Source: an uncultured Eubacteriales bacterium (GTDB taxonomy: Bacteria; Bacillota; Clostridia; Oscillospirales; CAG-272). Taken from it: DNA of 64,000 nucleotides. Below are positions 58,772 through 64,000 of this stretch, piece after piece. Within the stretch, counting starts at the first letter, position 1. Each line of letters begins with the position of its first letter. The notes beneath the pieces are model-generated. The model was not told the DNA's origin, ran no database searches, and saw nothing but the letters and a program-made list of their open reading frames with translations. Position numbers and translations under genes: made by a program. The stretch lies in contig CATKFO010000086.1 of assembly GCA_949747515.1 (NCBI GenBank), positions 1,208 to 65,207 on the forward strand, written 5' to 3'.

Positions 58772-59221
58772 ATGAATTATAAGATTGAAAAAGTTGAAGA
58801 ATGTAATTATCATCTATTTGACGATATGGTGTTCCGTCGCGATACCGGGTTGGAGCGAAAACAGTCTTATTCGCCTGTTCCTCAAGCAGTGAAGCAGGAA
58901 TTAAAGAATCCGAACTATTATGTTTACGCTGTATTGGCGGAAGATCGCTATGTAGGATGGATATCATTAACTTATATACCGAAAGTCGGCAAGTGGAAAG
59001 GGCATGGACACGCATATGTGGACGAGTTGTGGGTTGATCCTAATTATCGCAGGCGGGGACTAGCTAAAGCTTTGTTGCAAAAAGCGGACGAACTGAAGGA
59101 GAAATTAAACGCCGTTGGAATTCGTTTGTATGTTAATACTCAAAATCCTGCGGCGCAAAAGCTATACGAAGAATGCGGATACAAAAAAGACGGACAGGCT
59201 TATTTTATGGAGAAATATTGA
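58772..59221 (+). CDS. GNAT-family N-acetyltransferase
   Basis: Acetyl-CoA motif A (VDPNYRRRGLAKALL). ATG 58772 has GGAGGG 6 nt upstream. The stop overlaps the next ATG by 1 nt. Confidence 0.85.
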   Translation: MNYKIEKVEECNYHLFDDMVFRRDTGLERKQSYSPVPQAVKQELKNPNYYVYAVLAEDRYVGWISLTYIPKVGKWKGHGHAYVDELWVDPNYRRRGLAKALLQKADELKEKLNAVGIRLYVNTQNPAAQKLYEECGYKKDGQAYFMEKY

Positions 59222-59715
59222 TGAAAAAACTTTTTCTTATCGGCGGCGCGATGGGAGTTGGAAAAACTACGGTGTGCCAATTTTTGAAGCATGCGCTTAA
59301 CAACAGCGTTTTTCTTGACGGAGATTGGTGCTGGGACGCAAGTCCTTTCCATGTCACGGAGGAAACTAAGGCCATGTCTCTTGATAACATTTGCTATTTA
59401 CTGAATAATTTTATTCATTGCTCGGCATATGAAAACGTTATCTTTTGCTGGGTTATGCATTTACAAAGCATTATTGATAATATTATGGAAAATATTGATA
59501 CAAGCGAATGTGTTGTTAAAAGAATTTCTCTGATCTGCGACGAATCTTCATTGAGAGAACGGTTGGAAAAAGACGTTGATAGAGGAATTCGGTCTGTCGA
59601 TGTAATAGAAAGAAGCATTGAACGAATTCCGATGTACCATGGACTAAATACAATAAAAATTGAAACGTCGCAAAAAAGTATTGAAGAGATCGCTAAAGAA
59701 ATAATGGACGTATAG
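59221..59715 (+). CDS. P-loop kinase-like protein (AAA_33/shikimate-kinase-like)
   Basis: MKKLFLIGGAMGVGKTTVCQ, 164 aa. The ATG overlaps the GNAT stop (TGATG). Confidence 0.7.
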   Translation: MKKLFLIGGAMGVGKTTVCQFLKHALNNSVFLDGDWCWDASPFHVTEETKAMSLDNICYLLNNFIHCSAYENVIFCWVMHLQSIIDNIMENIDTSECVVKRISLICDESSLRERLEKDVDRGIRSVDVIERSIERIPMYHGLNTIKIETSQKSIEEIAKEIMDV

Positions 59716-59969
59716 TTAAAGCAGAAGGCTTCGATCTATTAAATAACCTAAAATGATAAGGAAAAACAAGGGATTAATCTTTAGGTGTAATTACGCTGCG
59801 CACAGATAATTACGTATGGATCGAATTGGATCGAATTGCGAAAAAATACAAAATTGATATCGGTTAATTATAAAACGGCGCCCGTCGAAGCGTAATATCT
59901 TCGATGAGCGCCAGATTTTTCGTATTATATTTCAGAAGGTCGTTTGTACTTTTTATTTATTACGTCTTT

Positions 59970-60536
59970 CTACATTCCGAGAGAATACCCGACGGCTATT
60001 CCAATTACGGCGGATATGCAGACGATTATTATAGGATTAACCTTTTTAAAGGCGAGGACTGCCATTACTGCGAATATTGCGGCTGATATGTAAAATTCCG
60101 GAGAAGAGAACGCCGAGGCTGTAATTCCGCTCGGAAAGAATACAGTCTGACCGATAGAAATTACGGCGGCGGATATAAGTCCGATTACCGCGGGCTTAAG
60201 ACCGGTCATACATCCCTTTACAATACCGCTGTCTCTGAATTTCTCATAGCATTTGGCCACGATGAGGATAATTATGAACGACGGTAAAACGACTCCGAGA
60301 GTAGAGCATATCGCGCCAAGGATTCCTCCAGTTTCAGTTCCGACATAAGTCGCTATGTTTATTGCGAACGGTCCGGGCGTGCTTTCGCTTACCGCTACGA
60401 AATCTACAATGTCGCGCAGCGGCATCCACCCGTGCGATATTACTTCCTCCTGTATCAAAGGAAGCATTGCGTATCCGCCTCCAAAAGTGAACAGACCGAT
60501 TTTAAAAAAGGTTAAAAACAGATCGAGCAATATCAT
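59970..60536 (-). CDS. chrA: Chromate transporter (short-chain CHR), C-terminal-type half
   Basis: 188 aa, FKIGLFTFGGGYAMLPLIQEEV, paired and overlapping with the second CHR half. Confidence 0.88.
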   Translation of the reverse strand: MILLDLFLTFFKIGLFTFGGGYAMLPLIQEEVISHGWMPLRDIVDFVAVSESTPGPFAINIATYVGTETGGILGAICSTLGVVLPSFIIILIVAKCYEKFRDSGIVKGCMTGLKPAVIGLISAAVISIGQTVFFPSGITASAFSSPEFYISAAIFAVMAVLAFKKVNPIIIVCISAVIGIAVGYSLGM

Positions 60537-61111
60537 TTTTCATCCCTCCTTTTCATAAGAACGGAGGTTACAAGCCCGAAAACGGCGCATCCGATAATTA
60601 TGTAAAGCACGTTCAGCTCCGTAAACGCCGCTATTGCAAAAGACGCCGCCATAATAACGTAAGAGGCCCATCCCTTAGGGCTTTTTTTGTACATAGAGAC
60701 CAAAGCCTTAATTATTAAAGCCAGAACTCCGGCGCGTATTCCGTAGAACGCGTATTTTACGGCTTTAAGTTCTCTGAATTGCCTGAGGACTAACGCTATG
60801 AGAGAAATTATCAGAAAAGACGGGAGAACGACGCCGAAAGTGGCGCAGAAAGAGCCGAACACTCCCGCTACGCGATAGCCGACAAAGGTTGCGGAGTTTA
60901 CGGCGATAGGGCCCGGCGTGCTTTCGGCAATCGCCACTATTTCTAAAATATCCTCGTCTGTAATCCATCCTTTTTTTTCAACGATTTCCCTTTGAATCAT
61001 TGGGATCATAGCGTATCCGCCTCCAAAAGTAAAGGCTCCGATTTTCATAAAGGTCAGAAATAGTTCCAGTCCTTTGCGAAAACGGCTGGTCTTTATGTTT
61101 TTGTTATCCAC
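60533..61111 (-). CDS. chrA: Chromate transporter (short-chain CHR), N-terminal-type half
   Basis: 192 aa, MKIGAFTFGGGYAMIPMIQREIVEKKGW. Confidence 0.88.
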   Translation of the reverse strand: MDNKNIKTSRFRKGLELFLTFMKIGAFTFGGGYAMIPMIQREIVEKKGWITDEDILEIVAIAESTPGPIAVNSATFVGYRVAGVFGSFCATFGVVLPSFLIISLIALVLRQFRELKAVKYAFYGIRAGVLALIIKALVSMYKKSPKGWASYVIMAASFAIAAFTELNVLYIIIGCAVFGLVTSVLMKRRDEK

Positions 61112-61264
61112 TTGCCCGACGGTTCCTTTCCGTTTATATACAAATTTTTGCCTAATATATTATAAACGGAACGCGTTGAAAAATCAATACGTACTTTTAG
61201 GGACTTAAATGTAAAGGCGGGCTGCAAACGGTAATTATCCGATACAGTCCGCCGAGTTTATAAT

Positions 61265-61861
61265 TTACATCGAGCCTTCAAACGGAGACAGCTCGAGGCG
61301 CATGAAATATCCCCTGTCGTGGTTGCAGACGGGACATGACTGAGGCGCGGAGGTTCCTTCGTGAACGTGACCGCAGTTGAGACAGATCCATTTCGTTTTT
61401 ACGTCGGATACGAACAGTTTTCCGGATTCGAGAAAATCTGCGAATCTTCCGAATCGGTTGCCGTGAGCTTGCTCTATTTTAGCGATAAGCTCAAATTTAG
61501 CCGCGATTTCGTTAAAACCTTCGCTTTTTGCTACTTCGGCAAAATTTTTGTATACCGGATCATGTTCCTCGTATTCGTTGTGCTGAGCCATCCGCAGAAG
61601 TTCAAGCGAGCTTGGCGCAATGTCTACGGGATATCCTCCGTCGATGTGAATAGTTTCTCCCGCTAAATCCTTTAAAAATCCGTAGAATACTTCGGCGTGT
61701 TCCTTCTCCTGGCCAGCCGTATACTGGAATATGCTTTCGATAACGTACAGATTTTCCTTTTTTGCCTGTGAGGCGGCGAAGGTATATCTGTTTCTCGCTT
61801 GGCTTTCTCCCGCGAACGCTCTCATGAGGTTGTCTTTTGTAACGCTGTTTTTGAAATCCAT
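61265..61861 (-). CDS. rbr: Rubrerythrin
   Basis: The N-terminal ferritin-like di-iron domain (ESQARNRY, EKEHAEVF, NEYEEH) plus a C-terminal rubredoxin domain (CLNCGHV...CPVCNH). Confidence 0.93.
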   Translation of the reverse strand: MDFKNSVTKDNLMRAFAGESQARNRYTFAASQAKKENLYVIESIFQYTAGQEKEHAEVFYGFLKDLAGETIHIDGGYPVDIAPSSLELLRMAQHNEYEEHDPVYKNFAEVAKSEGFNEIAAKFELIAKIEQAHGNRFGRFADFLESGKLFVSDVKTKWICLNCGHVHEGTSAPQSCPVCNHDRGYFMRLELSPFEGSM

Positions 61862-61881
61862 ATTATATCTCCTTATTTGTT

Positions 61882-62916
61882 TTATTTAATATACATATGA
61901 GCCGGGTATGTCAGATATTTTGCGTAGGGCAGTTTTTCCGACGTTATAAATCCGGGGGGAGCCGATATCACATCCGGTAAGCGATTGACGATTGTCGCGC
62001 ACGTGTGCTCCACTGTCGCAGGTTTTACGACGGAAAACGATACGTCTGGCTCTCCAAATATTTTGAAGTCGCAGGCGTCCCCGTCTTCAGGAGCGTATAT
62101 TTTGCCTACGCAGCCGACCTCAAATATAGTCCCTTGATGTGTTTCCGCAGTGACGATAGCGTTCATTCCGACGCAATTCCCGGCGGGAACGGCTCTCTGA
62201 AGGGTATTCGAATAAATTTCTCGGTCGACCGTGTACGGAACGCACCGCTGGCCGATACTTTTGATCGTCATACCAAGCTTGTTCGCTAGGGCTTCGGTGG
62301 AATTCCATACGTAGCTCGGTTCCAGCGTTTCCGGCCGAGCTATTCTTTCTTCAAATTCCGCCGGAGTAAGCCCGCATCCGTGAGCTTCGGCCAAGGCAAG
62401 TCCATAGTCCTCTACGTTATAGCTTACCGTTCCCTCAATCCGATCTATTCTGTCTACGCCTCCCGCGATAGCGGCCGTCAGATTAATCCAGAAAATGTCC
62501 TGCATGCCTGAGCCTGTCACTGTGCAGCCGTGCTCTTTAGCAAGCTTATCGAGTCTGTTTGTAGCGGACGGCGCGGTTGTCCACGGATATATCGCCTCTT
62601 CGCATGTGGTGATCACGTTTATTCCGCGACGAAGACATTCGGCCGTATGCTCTTCAATATCCGAGAGAAAGCTGAACAGCGTTATAATAGCGACGTCTGC
62701 GTCGCAGTTGTCAAGTACTCTTCCCGCGTCGTCTGATATCTTTATTCCCGTATCGAATCCGAGCGAGGCTATTTCACCTATATCGCGGCCTACTAAAGCC
62801 GGATCGTTGTCGATAGCGCCCGTGATCTCTATTCCGTGACGAACAAGATATCGTATTATATAACGGCTCATTTTGCCGCACCCGTATTGAACGACGCGTA
62901 TTTTTTCGTGTTCCAT
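61882..62916 (-). CDS. NAD(P)-dependent amine dehydrogenase family protein (2,4-diaminopentanoate-dehydrogenase/DapB-N-like)
   Basis: [46 protein letters not shown] at 62916 (the tracked ORF starts 4 codons earlier). Confidence 0.65.
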   Translation of the reverse strand: MEHEKIRVVQYGCGKMSRYIIRYLVRHGIEITGAIDNDPALVGRDIGEIASLGFDTGIKISDDAGRVLDNCDADVAIITLFSFLSDIEEHTAECLRRGINVITTCEEAIYPWTTAPSATNRLDKLAKEHGCTVTGSGMQDIFWINLTAAIAGGVDRIDRIEGTVSYNVEDYGLALAEAHGCGLTPAEFEERIARPETLEPSYVWNSTEALANKLGMTIKSIGQRCVPYTVDREIYSNTLQRAVPAGNCVGMNAIVTAETHQGTIFEVGCVGKIYAPEDGDACDFKIFGEPDVSFSVVKPATVEHTCATIVNRLPDVISAPPGFITSEKLPYAKYLTYPAHMYIK

Positions 62917-63123
62917 TTTTATGATCACGCCCTCTTCCTCAAATAATCGTACGTTTCTATTATTGCCGCTTTTGTCTTTTTTTAACCGGAACGGTTAATT
63001 TTTATAAAAATTATTGAAAACGCTTGCGCTTGTTCAAAGTATATGATATTATATTACAAAATGAACTAAAACGCTTTATACAATTGATAAAACAATTCAT
63101 TTTTTGAAAGGAAATATAAAAAT

Positions 63124-64000
63124 ATGAACGTTAAGCGGAATATTCTTTTGAATCCGGGACCTTCTACTACTACGGATACGGTAAAAGCGGCGCAGATTGT
63201 TCCCGATATTTGTCCTCGGGAGGAAGAATTTGCTTCCATAATGAAGGAGCTTCGAGAAGATTTGCTGAAAATTGTTCACGCGGATCCGGAAATTTATACG
63301 TCCGTGCTTTTCTGCGGATCCGGAACAATAAATATAGACGTTTGCCTTAATTCTCTTCTTGACGAGGGCAAAAAGATACTTGTTGTAAACAACGGCGCGT
63401 ACAGCGCTCGGGCTGTTGAAATATGCAGATATTACGGTATGCCGCATATTGATCTGAGCTTTCCGGCGGACGAGCCGCCGGATCTCGAGCTTGTTGAACG
63501 AACCCTGGAGAAAAATCCCGATATAGGACTGGTTCATACGACTCATAACGAGACTGGAACGGGCCTTCTAAACCCTATAAAGGAGATTGGCGCCGCCGCT
63601 CATCGTCATGGCGCCATCTTTACGGTCGACACTACTTCTACGCTTGCTATGCGGCCTATAAACATTGCCGATGAGAATATTGATTTTTGCATGGCCAGCG
63701 CGCAGAAGGGACTGAACGGCATGACGGGACTGTCGTTTATTATTGGAAACCGCGAGATAATCGAACGCTCCGCGTCTTTTCCTAAGCGTTCCTATTACTG
63801 CAACCTATATATGCAGTATCATTTCTTTGAAACTACCGGGGAGATGCATTTTACCCCTCCCGTACAGACCGTATACGCGGCGGTTCAGGCTCTGCGCGAA
63901 TATTTCGAAGAGGGAGAAGAGGCAAAGTGGATTCGCCATACGCGCGCTTTTAACGCGGTGAAGAGCGGGCTTGCAGAACTCGGATTCAGAGAAGCGATCA
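63124..64000 (+). CDS. phnW: Class-V aminotransferase, 2-aminoethylphosphonate:pyruvate transaminase (PhnW)-like; the 3' end runs off the window
   Basis: Manual translation: MNVKRNILLNPGPSTTTDTVKAAQIVPDICPREEEFASIMKEL...VLFCGSGT...NNGAYSARAVE...HNETGTGLLNP...ASAQKGLNGMTG...FTPPVQTVYA. It is collinear with the PhnW motifs I recall (LLTPGPLTTS, QGSGS, NGAYG.R, SETTTG.LNP, S.NKC.QG). It is absent from the ORF track because it has no stop in the window. Confidence 0.6.
   Translation, partial: MNVKRNILLNPGPSTTTDTVKAAQIVPDICPREEEFASIMKELREDLLKIVHADPEIYTSVLFCGSGTINIDVCLNSLLDEGKKILVVNNGAYSARAVEICRYYGMPHIDLSFPADEPPDLELVERTLEKNPDIGLVHTTHNETGTGLLNPIKEIGAAAHRHGAIFTVDTTSTLAMRPINIADENIDFCMASAQKGLNGMTGLSFIIGNREIIERSASFPKRSYYCNLYMQYHFFETTGEMHFTPPVQTVYAAVQALREYFEEGEEAKWIRHTRAFNAVKSGLAELGFREAI

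Noticed and set aside
59818-59837. Tandem GGATCGAATT x2
   Set aside because: A 10-bp duplication in an intergenic region is too short to assign any function.
59970-61111. Possible frameshifted (split) chrA pseudogene
   Set aside because: Two ~190-aa overlapping CHR genes are the normal short-chain heterodimeric arrangement in Firmicutes. Both halves are intact, each with the FGGG.AM.P motif.
1-64000. CRISPR arrays, tRNA/rRNA/tmRNA genes, IS elements, integrases, reverse transcriptases, and recognisable phage-defence or toxin-antitoxin modules
   Set aside because: I saw no regularly spaced direct repeats, no tRNA-like T-arm/acceptor signatures, and no transposase, integrase or RT-like ORFs among the translations. 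This was a visual scan only, so short or degenerate elements could have been missed.

Overview
This 64-kb window looks like chromosomal DNA from an anaerobic Firmicute (Clostridia-like), judged from gene content, SLH cell-wall anchors, [FeFe]-hydrogenase maturases, and T-box/SAM/FMN leaders. I saw no rRNA, tRNA, CRISPR array, transposase or integrase. The left ~10.5 kb (minus strand) is core translation machinery: metK behind a SAM-I riboswitch, ribU behind an FMN riboswitch, then tuf-fusA-rpsG-rpsL and rplA-rplK-nusG-secE-rpmG. The usual rplJ-rplL-rpoB-rpoC block between rplA and rpsL is missing. A ~0.8-kb gap sits there instead, mostly non-coding, and rpsL has its own consensus promoter. Next come an SLH-anchored SGNH esterase, rpsO-pnp, an htrA plus OmpR/HK two-component module, and two diverged SLH + beta-helix paralogues in inverted orientation (20.8-23.6 kb and 35.9-38.8 kb). 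Between the paralogues lie a multi-TM metallophosphoesterase, an S1-domain protein, an Fe-S aldo/keto reductase, an esterase, a FecBCD/BtuFCD-type importer co-oriented with sirC, and an 853-aa CoADR-rhodanese-siroheme-type reductase fusion. The right half holds an AT-rich islet (P-loop protein, methyltransferase, orphan 1-phosphofructokinase, SAP-like protein). It also holds an orphan promoter-to-terminator RNA unit ahead of an Asp/Glu-racemase + degenerate MurE-like ligase pair, and a Trp T-box controlling a stand-alone TrpB2. After that come feoAB, a leader/attenuator with a TM1266-type regulator and hydE-hydG-hydF, XRE-comEC, a GNAT/P-loop pair, split chrA, rubrerythrin, and an amine-dehydrogenase/PhnW-like aminotransferase divergon. 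My best candidates for something undescribed are the tri-modular sulfur/siroheme reductase with its neighbouring importer-sirC operon, the racemase + catalytically degenerate MurE-like pair with its upstream structured RNA, and the unassigned attenuator in front of the hyd maturation operon. All calls come from reading the sequence and ORF translations. No searches were run.
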